This document shows positions 11,301 through 24,500 of a stretch of 64,000 nucleotides of DNA, piece by piece. This DNA comes from Macrostomum lignano. Taxonomy: Eukaryota. Location: contig NIVC01001259.1 of the NCBI GenBank assembly GCA_002269645.1, forward strand, positions 160,010 to 224,009, in the 5' to 3' direction. Both the position numbers and the translations under genes were made by a program. The notes beneath the pieces are model-generated. The model did not search any database, was not told the DNA's origin, and saw nothing but the letters and a program-made list of their open reading frames with translations. Positions within the stretch are counted from its first letter, which is position 1. Each line of letters starts with the position of its first letter.

Positions 11301-14300
11301 CCAGATCCCAGATCCTAGATCCCAGATCCTAGATCCTAGATCCCAGATCCTAGATCCCAGATCCTAGATCCCAGATCCTAGATCCCAGATCCTAGATCCC
11401 AGATCCTAGATCCCAGATCCCACGGGAGATAGCAAGCATTGCAGTGCTCAATACTGTGAGGCAGTGCGCGGCCAGTGTGGTGAGACCTGAGCTCACCCAA
11501 CACCATCTCGCGCCAGCATCACAGCAACTCATCCTCGGCGCCTGCGAGCGGCACCTTCAGGCTGTCCTCAGGTGAGCCACCGCTGCCAGCTTCTTCGACT
11601 TCGAAGGGCGACAACTTCGCTTTCGCTTGCGCCGACGCGGCCGACACCAACGAGGTGAGCTGCTCCTCCTCCGCGTCCTGCGGTGCTGTCAGCTGAAACA
11701 GGCATTTCAACAAAGTCGGAAGTTTTGTTGAAATATTTAATACGATTTAGTGAGAATTGCCTGCAGTGACAACTGCCTGCAGTGACACCTGCCTGCAGTG
11801 ACAACTGCCTGCAGTGACACCTGACTGCAGTGACAACTGCCTGCAGTGACAACTGCCTGCAGTGACAACTGCCTGCAGTGACAACTGCCTGCAGTGACAA
11901 CTGCCTGCAGTGACAACTGCCTGCAGTGACAACTGCCTGCAGTGACAACTGCCTGCAGTGACAACTGCCTGCAGTGACAACTGCCTGCAGTGACAACTGC
12001 CTGCAGTGACAACTGCCTGCAGTGACAACTGCCTGCAGTGACAACTGCCTGCAGTGACAACTGCCTGCAGTGACAACTGCCTGCAGTGACAACTGCCTGC
12101 AGTGACAACTGCCTGCAGTGACAACTGCCTGCAGTGACAACTGCCTGCAGTGACAACTGCCTGCAGTGACAACTGCCTGCAGTGACAACTGCCTGCAGTG
12201 ACAACTGCCTGCAGTGACAACTGCCTGCAGTGACAACTGCCTGCAGTGACAACTGCCTGCAGTGACAACTGCCTGCAGTGACAACTGCCTGCAGTGACAA
12301 CTGCCTGCAGTGACAACTGCCTGCAGTGACAACTGCCTGCAGTGACAACTGCCTGCAGTGACAACTGCCTGCAGTGACAACTGCCTGCAGTGACAACTGA
12401 CTGCAGTGACAACTGCCTGCAGTGACAACTGCCTGCAGTGACAACTGCCTGCAGTGACAACTGCCTGCAGTGACAACTGCCTGCAGTGACAACTGCCTGC
12501 AGTGACAACTGCCTGCAGTGACAACTGCCTGCAGTGACAACTGCCTGCAGTGACAACTGCCTGCAGTGACAACTGCCTGCAGTGACAACTGCCTGCAGTG
12601 ACAACTGCCTGCAGTGACAACTGCCTGCAGTGACAACTGCCTGCAGTGACAACTGCCTGCAGTGACAACTGCCTGCAGTGACAACTGCCTGCAGTGACAA
12701 CTGCCTGCAGTGACAACTGCCTGCAGTGACAACTGCCTGCAGTGACAACTGCCTGCAGTGACAACTGCCTGCAGTGACAACTGCCTGCAGTGACAACTGC
12801 CTGCAGTGACAACTGCCTGCAGTGACAACTGCCTGCAGTGACAACTGCCTGCAGTGACAACTGCCTGCAGTGACAACTGCCTGCAGTGACAACTGCCTGC
12901 AGTGACAACTGCCTGCAGTGACAACTGCCTGCAGTGACAACTGCCTGCAGTGACAACTGCCTGCAGTGACAACTGCCTGCAGTGACAACTGCCTGCAGTG
13001 ACAACTGCCTGCAGTGACAACTGCCTGCAGTGACAACTGCCTGCAGTGACAACTGCCTGCAGTGACAACTGCCTGCAGTGACAACTGCCTGCAGTGACAA
13101 CTGCCTGCAGTGACAACTGCCTCCACCGACAACTGCCTGCACTGACAACTGCCTGCAGCTCGGGTCCTCTAGCACAAAGACAGTTCCACACCAACCTGAC
13201 TGTGCTGGGGGGAGCCCTCCGGTATGGTTGCGATGAGCCGCCTTGACGCGCCGCCAAAACCGCCCCCACCGCTGAAGCCGCCGACTTTTCCGCCGCTGCT
13301 GCCGCTGCGAGCTCGGATGCCGAGTTCTGGTGCTGAATGATTCGCCACTTTTACTGAATTCCGAGCTGATTCCAGCATTTTGATTCAATAGTAAAACTCG
13401 TTTCATATAGGACAAAGTGCATGTGAATTCTGATGTACATGTACACTGATGCAAGCTCGCTGCTGTATATGTACACAGAGACAATGTACATTGATACAAG
13501 CTCGCTGCTGTATATGTACACAGAGACAATGTACACTGATGCAAGCTCGCTGCTGTATATGTACACAGAGACAATGTACATTGATACAAGCTCGCTGCTG
13601 TATATGTACACAGAGACAATGTACACTGATGCAAGCTCGCTGCTGTATATGTACACAGAGACAATGTACATTGATACAAGCTCGCTGCTGTATATGTACA
13701 CAGAGACAATGTACACTGATGCAAGCTCGCTACTGTATATGTACACAGAGACAATGTACATTGATACAAGCTCGCTGCTGTATATGTACACAGAGACAAT
13801 GTACACTGATGCAAGCTCGCTGCTGTATATGTACACAGAGACAATGTACATTGATACAAGCTCGCTGCTGTATATGTACACAGAGACAATGTACACTGAT
13901 GCAAGCACGCAAAGTGCTCCGTGACTCATAAGCCTCTACAATAATAAAAGTTTTACGTAAATCTACCCAAGCCATCTTCAGTGCAGATAATTTCCAAATG
14001 GCGACTTCAATTAGCAAAAACAGCACTGATTTGACCCTTAATTTCTCGATCGGTTTAGCTTTAAAAAGACGTTTAGCTAAGACTAAGGGAGATCAACAGA
14101 GAGAGCATTGCAGTAGCAGCATTAATAATGCAACAGACCGCATTGCCGATGCGTGCGACCCTGGGGAGGGATGGACAGGCGGGCGGGCATAAAACTGCAG
14201 TCCCCGCTGGACTCTCAATTATTTACAAAGTAGCCCGACCCTTTTTGGACCAGCAATAGTGACTTTTATAGTAAAGTATGAGCTTGACTAATCGAATGAG

Positions 14301-17300
14301 TAAAACAAAGTTTTTGACTCTGTACCGATCCCTGACCTAGGCACTGGGCCAGCCGACTAGAGCTTTATCCGGTGCACTACTAGTTCTTGTTTAGATTTTT
14401 TGTGTGACAGATTGCGATAATATGGGGCAGAAACAGAGCATTCTTTGGTGCTTTTCAGTGAAAACTGGTGTCAAACAGTGTCTATGGCCTAGGTTGTCCT
14501 ACTGACTTCATCAATCGTGAACTGTCTATGGCCCAGATTGTCTTACTGACTTAATCAATCTGGAACTGTCTATGGCCCAGACTGTCATACAGACTTAAAC
14601 AATCGGGAACTGTCTATGGCCTAGACTGTCCTACTTACTTATTCAATCGGGAACTGTCAGTGAACAGGCCTAGACTGTCCTACTGACTTCATCAATCGTG
14701 AACTGTCTATGGCCTAGACTGTCCTACTGACTTAAACAATCGGGAACTGTCTATGGCCTAGACTGTCTTACTGACTTAATCAATCGGGAACTGTCTATGG
14801 CCTCTAGACTGTCCTACTGACTTAATCAATCAAGAACTGTCTATGGCCTAGACTGTCCTATTGACTTAAACAATCGGGAACTGTCTATGGCCTAGACTGT
14901 CTTACTGACTTAATCAATCGGAAACTGTCTATGGCCCAGACTGTCCTACTGACTTAATCAACCGGGAACTGTCTATGGCCTAGACTGTCCTATTGACTTA
15001 ATCAATCGGGAACTGTCTATGGCCTAGACTGTGATACAGACTTAATCAATCGGTAGAAGCCACCTTTCTGTGCAAAGTGACAGATGAAATGAGGAGTGAG
15101 AGGCAAACTCAGACTCACCCGGCCATGACTCGCTGAGCAGGTCACTTCTGTCGTCACTCTTTGCCCGCCTCAACACTAAGTTATCGGTGTGAGCGATTGC
15201 CGTTGTTTTTGAGGCAATAAAATTCAAATTAATTGTATAACATTATCAGAACGTAGATAACACTAATTAAGGATGCATCCCGTGTAAAAATAACTTAAAA
15301 AATCTCTTATTTCAACGTTTGAGAGGCGGCATGCAATAAATTGGGTGCAATTAAGCTGCCAGGGTCAAAAACTTCATACATTTCATAATTCGCTATGCTC
15401 AATTAAATTTGGAACATGCTTCTGGCTATAGAAAGTACATTTGCATCGAGGTAGTTTATTGCGCAATTTTCATACCTCGCCTAGCCGATGACAGGTTCTG
15501 ATCGTCCGGTGGCAGGTGGCCATTGGGCCTGAGGCTGGCTCTTCGCAATAGTCGGGAGTTCCTGGCTGAAACTGCTGACGGAGGCCCGGGGGATTCGGGT
15601 GAGTGCTGCTGTTGCTGCAGTTGCTGGTGCTGCGGCGATCGTTGCTCTCTTGCTACTGTCCCAAGTGCTTTTGTTGGAAAATAATTTGCACAATCAGATA
15701 GCCATTGAGTTTTAGTTTGCACTTTACAGAAGCACTTCTAGCCTGACAGAGTTTCGTCCTGGGAACCCTGAACCAGTAGGAACTTAAGTCACTCAGCTCC
15801 AGGTGTGTCAGATGGGAATCGGTGATACCGGAGCCTCAGTCACTCAGCTCCAGGTGTGTCAGATGGGAATCGGTGATACCGGAGCCTCAGTCACTCAGCT
15901 CCATGTGTGTCAGATGGGAATCAGTGATACCGGAGCCTCAGTCACTCAGCTCCAGGTGTGTCAGATGGGAATCGGTGATACCGGAGCCTCAGTCACTCAG
16001 CTCCAGGTGTGTCAGATGGGAATCAGTGATACCGGAGCCTCAGTCACTCAGCTCCAGGTGTGTCAGATGGGGATCAGTGGAATTGGAGCCTCAGTCACTC
16101 AGCTCCAGGTGTGTCAGATGGGGATCAGTGGAACCGGAGCCTCAGTCACTCAGCTCCAGGTGTGTCAGATGGGGATCAGTGATACCGGAGCCTCAGTCAC
16201 TCAGCTCCAGGTGTTTCAGATGGGAATCAGTGATACCGGAGCCTTAGTCACTCAGCTCCAGGTGTGTCAGATGGGGATCAGTGGAATTGGAGCCTCAGTC
16301 ACTCAGCTCCAGGTGTGTCAGATGGGGATCAGTGGAACCGGAGCCTCAGTCACTCAGCTCTAGGTGTGTCAGATGGGGATCAGTGATACCGGAGCCTTAG
16401 TCACTCAGCTCTAGGTGTGTCAGATGGGATCAGTGATACCGGAGCCTCAGTCACTCAGCTCCAGGTGTGTCAGATGGGGATCAGTGGAACCGGAGCCTCC
16501 GTCACTCAGCTCCAGGTGTGTCAGATGGGAATCAGTGATACCGGAGCCTCAGTCACTCAGCTCCATGTGTGTCAGATGGGAATCAGTGATACCGGAGCCT
16601 CAGTCACTCAGCTCCAGGTGTTTCAGATGGGAATCAGTGATACCGGAGCCTTAGTCACTCAGCTCCAGGTGTGTCAGATGGGGATCAGTGGAATTGGAGC
16701 CTCAGTCACTCAGCTCCAGGTGTGTCAGATGGGGATCAGTGGAACCGGAGCCTCAGTCACTCAGCTCCAGGTGTGTCAGATGGGGATCAGTGGAATTGGA
16801 GCCTCAGTCACTCAGCTCCAGGTGTGTCAGATGGGATCAGTGGAACCGGAGCCTCAGTCACTCAGCTCCAGGTGTGTCAGATGGAGATCAGTGATACCGG
16901 AGCCTCCGTCACTCAGCTCCATGTGTGTCAGATGGGAATCAGTGATACCGGAGCCTCAGTCACTCAGCTCCAGGTGTGTCAGATGGGGATCAGTGGAATT
17001 GGAGCCTCAGTCACTCAGCTCCAGGTGTGTCAGATGGGGATCAGTGGAACCGGAGCCTCCGTCACTCAGCTCTAGGTGTGTCAGATGGGGATCAGTGATA
17101 CCGGAGCCTCAGTCACTCAGCTCCAGGTGTGTCAGATGGGGATCAGTGATACCGGAGCCTCAGTCACTCAGCTCCATGTGTGTCAGATGGGGATCAGTGG
17201 AATTGGAGCCTCAGTCACTCAGCTCCATGTGTGTCAGATGGGGATCAATGATACCGGAGCCTCAGTCACTCAGCTCTATGTGTGTCAGATGGGGATCAGT

Positions 17301-18501
17301 GATACCGGAGCCTCAGTCACTCAGCTCCAGGTGTGTCAGATTGGGATCAGTGATACCGGAGCCTCAGTCACTCAGCTCTAGGTGTGTCAGATGGGGATCA
17401 GTGGAACCGGAGCCTCAGTCACTCAGCTCCAGGTGTGTCAGATGGGGATCAGTGGAACCGGAGCCTCCGTCACTCAGCTCTAGGTGTGTCAGATGGGGAT
17501 CAGTGATACCGGAGCCTTAGTCACTCAGCTCTAGGTGTGTCAGATGGGATCAGTGATACCGGAGCCTCAGTCACTCAGCTCCAGGTGTGTCAGATGGGGA
17601 TCAGTGGAACCGGAGCCTCCGTCACTCAGCTCCAGGTGTGTCAGATGGGAATCAGTGATACCGGAGCCTCAGTCACTCAGCTCCATGTGTGTCAGATGGG
17701 AATCAGTGATACCGGAGCCTCAGTCACTCAGCTCCAGGTGTGTCAGATGGGGATCAGTGGAACCGGAGCCTCCGTCACTCAGCTCTAGGTGTGAATGGGA
17801 ACTGGTCCCCATCGCTTCTCACCAAGCGCAGGGATTTCCAGCGCCTCCGGCTTCCTTGCAGCGGGCACCTCGTCCGAAACTTCGATGGTGATGTCCGGCG
17901 TGCAGCCTGAAATATTAGCGACAAATTTCTTTACGCACGAATACAAATCAAAATTCTTCCCAAAATCATGGCCAGTTCGGGTCTAGAAGCTTATTTCTAA
18001 GAAAAATCGAGTGCAGCGTCCTGGTACTTCAGTTTTCCATGCCTAGAACCTGTCAACACCGATGGCTGACGCACCTGGGAAGGCGGTCTGTCCCGCTGTG
18101 ACGGCCTCGGGCGACAAGTCGAGCTCTTCGCTCACCGACGGCGTCTCCTCGCCGGAATCTGAGCAGCTCAGCTGGTGCTCGGAGCCGCACCCGTTGCCGC
18201 CGCCGCCGCTGATGCAACCGCCGTCGCCGTCGCCGTCGCCACAGCCGACGATCACGGCACCGGCAGTCTGCTTGAGAGCGTCGTGCGCTCCAACCAAAAC
18301 CCGCTTCTTCCTCTTTGGCAGCTTCAGCCGGGCCTGGGCGTGCGTGTAGTACAGGGCGAAGTTGTTGACAATGATTGGCACTGGCAGGGCGATGACCAGG
18401 ACGCCGCTGATGGCGCAGACGCCGCCTACAATGTAGCCTGGGCGGCGGCGAGAGAGGCGAAGACGAGATTGCGGATAGTTAAGGCGGAGTTAGAGAGAGA
18501 T

Positions 18502-18590
<89 letters not shown>

Positions 18591-21500
18591 TTCTCCCTTG
18601 AAGAGCTTGTGGCAGGTGCTAATGCCGAGCGGGGAGTTATTACCCAACCCCCGAGCCACTTCCCTTGGGGGGGGGGGGGAGTGAAGCATAGCGGGAAAAT
18701 GGAGCTCAGAAAGGGCGATTGGGGAGCCCGGGATTCCTAATGGCGGCTGGCGCAATCAATTTCTGTTAGCAGCCGCCCGGGTGTCAGTGAAGTGGACGGC
18801 CAAATTGCGACGTTGAACGCGGCGGAAAGTTCTCGTGGCTTGCCGGGGTCGGACTGGGAGATTTGAAGGGCTCGGCTGAGGCTGCCGGGGTTGCTGGGGT
18901 AAAGTCTGTCTGCTCATTCTATTGCCAGAGTTGTCGGATTCCAATTTGTGGATACTGGATAATCGGGAGAGCCGATCGGTAAAGGATTGACTGTGGATTA
19001 ACAAATACCGGGTTATCGAGGAGATTTTACAGGTGTCGGATTATCGAGGAGATTTTACAGGTGTCGGATTATCGAGGAGATTTTACAGGTGTCGGATTAT
19101 CGAGGAGATTTTACAGGTGTCGGATTATCGAGGAGATTTTACAGGTGTCGGATTATCGAGGAGATTTTACAGGTGTCGGATTATCGAGGAGATTTTACAG
19201 GTGTCGGATTATCGAGGAGATTTTACAGGTGTCGGATTATCGAGGAGATTTTACAGGTGTCGGATTATCGAGGAGATTTTACAGGTGTCGGATTATCAAG
19301 GAGTTTTACAGGTGTCAGATTATCGAGGAGATTTTACAGGTGTCGGATTATCGAGGAGATTTACAGGTGTCAGATTATCGAGGAGATTTTACAGGTATCG
19401 GATTATCGATAAGATTTTACAGACGTCGGATTATCGAGAGACTTTACAGGTGTCGGATTATCGAGGAGATTTACAGTTGTCGAGTTTTTACCATATCGAG
19501 GTGAATTAACCGACTTACCTGGCAGCGTCCTTGGCACCATATCACCGTAACCAAGCGTTGTCATGGTAACCAACGCCCACCAGAATCCGATAGGGATGGT
19601 TCGAAACTCGTTTACGGGCGACTCGACGAACTGTTCGCAGATGAAGATGGCGGTGCCGCACAGGATGACGAAGATGGCGAACACGGTGCCCAGCAGGGTC
19701 AGCTCCCTGGACGAGGCCTTCATGGTGTGCACCAGGATTTTCAACCCGGAGAAGTGCCTGGTCAGCTTGAAGATGCGCAGAATTCTGGGCACCTTGAGAA
19801 TCTGGTGCACGATAACGGCTGATTCCGGCGGCACAGCGAACGAGACGCAGGCCGTTGCCACAGCAACCAGGTCGATCCAGTTTAGCGCCGATTTGAAAAA
19901 TTCCGGCTTCGACGGGCAGAAGACAAGGCGGGCGGCCAGCTCCAGGGCGAAGTAGGCCGTCACCGTGATGTCCACCGCGTGCACCGCTGGCCGCGGCTGC
20001 GTGTACCGGAGACAGTCAGAGACCATCAGGCGGCTGCAGTTCATGGCGCCGGCGCCGGGCCGCGGGATTCGAGCCTCGGGCAGCGTCTCCACCACCAGGG
20101 CGATGATGGAGGCCAGGATGAAGAGAACGGATACTGTGGCCAGCGCCTGGAGGTCAGGGGTTTTGATGTGGTCGTTTTTTATGTGGTCGGTTTTGGGGTT
20201 GTTGGTTTTGAGGTGGTCGGTTTTGAGGTGGTCGGTTTTGAGGTGGTCGGTTTTTGATGTGGTCGTTTTTTATGTAGTCGGTTTTGGGGTTGTTGGTTTT
20301 GAGGTGGTCGGTTTTGAGGTGGTCGGTTTTGGGGTTGTTGGTTTTGAGGTGGTCGGTTTTGAGGTGGTCGGTTTTTGAGGTGGTCGGTTTTGAGGTTGTC
20401 GGTTTTGATGTGGTCGTTTTTGAGGCTGTCGGTTTTGAGGCTGTCGGTTTTGAGGCTGTCGGTTTTGAAGCTGTCGTTTTTGAGGCTGTCGGTTTTGAGG
20501 CTGTCGGTTTTGAGGCTGTCGGTTTTGAGGCTGTCGGTTTTGAGGCTGTCGGTTTTGAAGCTGTCAGTTTTGAGGCTGTCGGTTTTGAAGCCGTCGGTTT
20601 TGAGGTGGTCGGCTTTGAGGTTGTCGGTTTTGATATGGTCGGTTTTGATATGGTCGGTTTTGATGTGGTCGGTTTTGATGTGGTCGGTTTTGATGTGGTC
20701 GGGTTTTAGGTGGTTGGTCGTTTTTTGAGCCAGTCTACTTTGGCAGGCTACTAGTAATGGATCTGAGATGGTTAAGTCATTCGAAGTGCACAAGCTAACT
20801 AATTATATTACAGCACATTATCAAGGACTCAATCAATTCCTTCCATTCTGTTTTCAACTTATCGGCAGAGTGTGTAGGATTGCAGAAGACTCCAAATTTG
20901 GATGAGAATGGCCGACTAATACGTCACCCAAGCGAACGGATGCTCCGGTCTACGGGGTGGGGATTAATTTCGCGGAGAGGGTCGAGGAGAAATAAGGAGC
21001 CCATTGCTGCCATCTGCGCGCTGGCACAGTTTGGGAACTCAGCCGCCGCGCGCCGCGCTCCCTAGGGAAAAAATGCGAAGCCTCAATCTGTGTCCCATCT
21101 CCGCTCCCCCGGCCAAAGGGGTGTTGCGGGTCCCGAAAAATGATTCTGCTTATCCAGTCTCGCTGTCGCAATTCTTTCCCGCATTCACGGCCGTCTCTGC
21201 TTGTTGACGCTCTTTTTTAAAATGCCCGTCTTCCTCGGGGTCAGTGGGGATTTCATTTCTGGCCGTAGTTTGACTTGATAAATTCTTCCCATTTTTCGCA
21301 CGGTTATTTGCCCGCTCTATAAAAATGGCTGGGCGGTACATAAGAGATTAGTTTTACATCACAGGTGACCAGCCTGTGATCAGTTGATCTGTGATCAGTC
21401 TATCCTGTGATCAGTCTATCTTGTGATCAGTTGATCTGTGATCAGTCTATCCTGTGATCAGTCTATCCTGTGATCAGTCTATCCTGTGATCAGTCTATCC

Positions 21501-24500
21501 TGTGATCAGTCTATCCGGTGATCAGTCTACCCTGTGATCAGTCTATCCTGTGATCAGTCTATCCTGTGATCAGTCTACCCTGTGATCAGTCTACCCTGTG
21601 ATCAGTCTATACCGTGATCAGTCTACCCTGTGATCAGTCTATACTGTGATCAGTCTATCCTGTGATCAGCCTACCCTGTGATCAGTCTACCCTGTGATCA
21701 GTCTACCCTGTGATCAGTCTATCCTGTGATCAGTCTATCCTGTGATCAGTCTATCCTGTGATCAGTCTATCCTGTGATCAGTCTATCCGGTGATCAGTCT
21801 ACCCTGTGATCAGTCTATCCTGTGATCAGTCTATCATGTGATCAGTCTACCCTGTGATCAGTCTATCCTGTGATCAGTCTACCCTGTGATCAGTCTATCC
21901 TGTGATCAGTCTATCCTGTGATCAGGTCTAAAACAAGTCACAATGCTACCTCATAGCACAGCACAGTGCAGATGCCCCTGTGTCACATGTGGTGAGAAGG
22001 GCTAATTGAATTACCCTATCAACAGCCCAGCGTAGAAATCCTAGGCCTATACTATAACGACCCTAGGGATGCGAGAGTTTACCCTCCCTAGTTCTCCGGC
22101 CTGCCGCCCAGCTCATTAATTATTAATGAGCCCCCGGGTCGGGTATTCCGCCAGAGTTTAACACTTAGCTGGCCAATAGCCGATGGCTCTGATCTACTGC
22201 TGCTGCGCCGCGCCAGCACTGGGCGAAGGAAAACTTCACCATTTTTCTCCAATCTCTCCTCTTCCCAGCCTCAGAGTCCTCAGCATCATCTCGTTCTTAT
22301 CTCTTATCCCTATCTCATTCTCTTTGGTGGAGGTCTGGGCGCGGGGAAGCGGCATGCATAATGCAGATTCGGTCGCCCCCAGCAGCTGATGGCCCGATTC
22401 GTCTCTGTCGCAAGCCGCAGATGAAGACTCGCCGCCAGCACTGGCCCCAAACTGGTGGCTGATTAATTACTCCAAAGCCGAGTCGGCGGGGGTAAACATG
22501 GCCAGTAAGCTGACACAACCGCGCCGGCTCAGCTAGCTCCCGTATTTATGAGCCGCGTCGGTCAGGTGTGCGAGGTGAGACACCTTTGATCGGCCGGACA
22601 CCCTTCTGTCTGACGCTAGCATAGGTGTACAGTTTACTGACTTTGCACTGATTCCTGCGGTGCTTCGCCTATAGTCATGCCTTGTTATGCTGGGTGCAAG
22701 GAGGAAACCACATTAACTTGAGTTAGCGTCATTCTTGAACAAAAACTAAGCGATGAAAACAAGTTTGTTATGACTAGCACCCACCCCTACAGGCCCGAAC
22801 CCACAGCTGCACCCAGCCTGAGCCCACAGCTGCTCCCAGCCTGAGCCCACAGCTGCACCCAGCCTCAGCTGCACCCAGCCTGAGCCCACAGCTGCACCCA
22901 GCCTGAATCCACAGCTGCACCCAAACTGAACCCACAGCTGCACCCAGCCACAGCTGCACCCAGCCACAGCTGCACCCAGCCTGAACCCACAGCTGCACCC
23001 AGCCTGAACCCACAGCTGCACCCAGCCACAGCTGCACCCAACCTGAGCCCACAGCTGCACCCAGCTTAAACCCACAGCTGCACCCAGCCTGAACCCACAG
23101 CTGCACCCAGCCTGAGCCCACAGCTGCACCCAGCCTCAGCTGCACCCAGCCTGAGCCCACAGCTGCACCCAGCCTGAATCCACAGCTGCACCCAAACTGA
23201 ACCCACAGCTGCACCCAGCCTGAGCCCACAGCTGCACCCAGCCTGAGCCCACAGCTGCACCCAGCCTGAGCCCACAGCTGCACCCAGCCACAGCTGCACC
23301 CAGCTTAAACCCACAGCTGCACCCAGCCTGAACTCACAGCTGCACCCAGCCTGAACCCACAGCTGCACCCAGCCACAGCTGCACCCAACCTGAGCCCACA
23401 GCTGCACCCAGCTTAAACCCACAGCTGCACCCAGCCTGAACCCACAGCTGCACCCAGCCTGAGCCCACAGCTGCACCCAGCCTCAGCTGCACCCAGCCTG
23501 AGCCCACAGCTGCACCCAGCCTGAATCCACAGCTGCACCCAAACTGAACCCACAGCTGCACCCAGCCTGAGCCCACAGCTGCACCCAGCCACAGCTGCAC
23601 CCAGCTTAAACCCACAGCTGCACCCAGCCTGAACTCACAGCTGCACCCAGCTTAAACCCACAGCTGCACCCAGCTTAAACCCACAGCTGCACCCAGCCTG
23701 AACCCACAGCTGCACCCAGCCTGAGCCCACAGCTGCACCCAGCTTAAACCCACAGCTGCACCCAGCCTGAACCCACAGCTGCACCCAGCCTGAACCCACA
23801 GCTGCACCCAGCCTGAGCCCACAGCTGCACCCAGCCTGAACCCACAGCTGCACCCAGCCTGAACCCACAGCTGCACCCAGCCTGAGCCCACAGCTGCACC
23901 CAGCCTGAACCCTCAGCTGCACACAGCCTGAACCCACAGCTGCACACAGCCTGAACCCACACCTCCCAAGCTGAACCCACCTTGCCGGGCCCGCCAACGC
24001 CGGTACCCTCGACCTCGAGCAGCGCCCAGACCCTCGGCCGGACCCGCTGCCACCTGCCCAGCTCCGGCCCGGCGGCCTCCTCGATGCCAAACCGCCTGGC
24101 GGTGTCGCCGGGCGCGTCCTCCTCGCCGTCGTCGGACAATTCGCCGCCGTTGAGCTCGGCGAGGGTCTCCTGAGCGTCCCGGTGAGTCCGGTAGGTGGTC
24201 CAGCAGCAGGACTCCATCTGTTTCTCGTCGATGCCCCAGTAGGCCAGCTCCTCCTCGAACATGGGGCCGCAGATGTCCATGGGGGTGTGCAGCCGGCCGG
24301 TGCGGTAGTAGTTGAGAATCATGGCGAACACGCCGCTGTGCCGGTCGAAGAAGTACTCCCCGGTGTCCGGATCGAAGTCGGCGCTGTTCACCGAGGTGGC
24401 TTCGGCCAGCCAGGCCAGCCGGGTGTCCGGGATGTTCTGCAGAGTGGATTTGTAAGTCTCGAAACGGACTCCGCCAACATTGATGACGATTCGGTTCTCC

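Noticed and set aside
11568-13929. Long Cys-rich ORFs (778, 510, 461, 192 aa and others)
   Set aside because: They are translations of stop-free 16-bp and 45-bp intronic arrays, open in several frames at once and embedded in Kv3 introns.
9813-15285. 17-bp perfect inverted repeat acacgggatgcatcctt (9813-9829 / 15269-15285) that would enclose Kv3 exons
   Set aside because: Similarity stops at 17 bp, there is no clear TSD, and a match of this length is not unexpected by chance in 64 kb.
15803-17891. Repetitive 17-aa-period ORFs on the + strand
   Set aside because: Translations of the 51-bp minisatellite, antisense to a Kv3 intron.
20179-20793. KTDHL/FEVVG pentapeptide-repeat ORFs
   Set aside because: 15-bp intronic array open on both strands; no start context or splice support.
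22746-24090. Gly/Trp/Cys-rich ORFs
   Set aside because: Translations of the 23-bp array in Kv3 intron 1.
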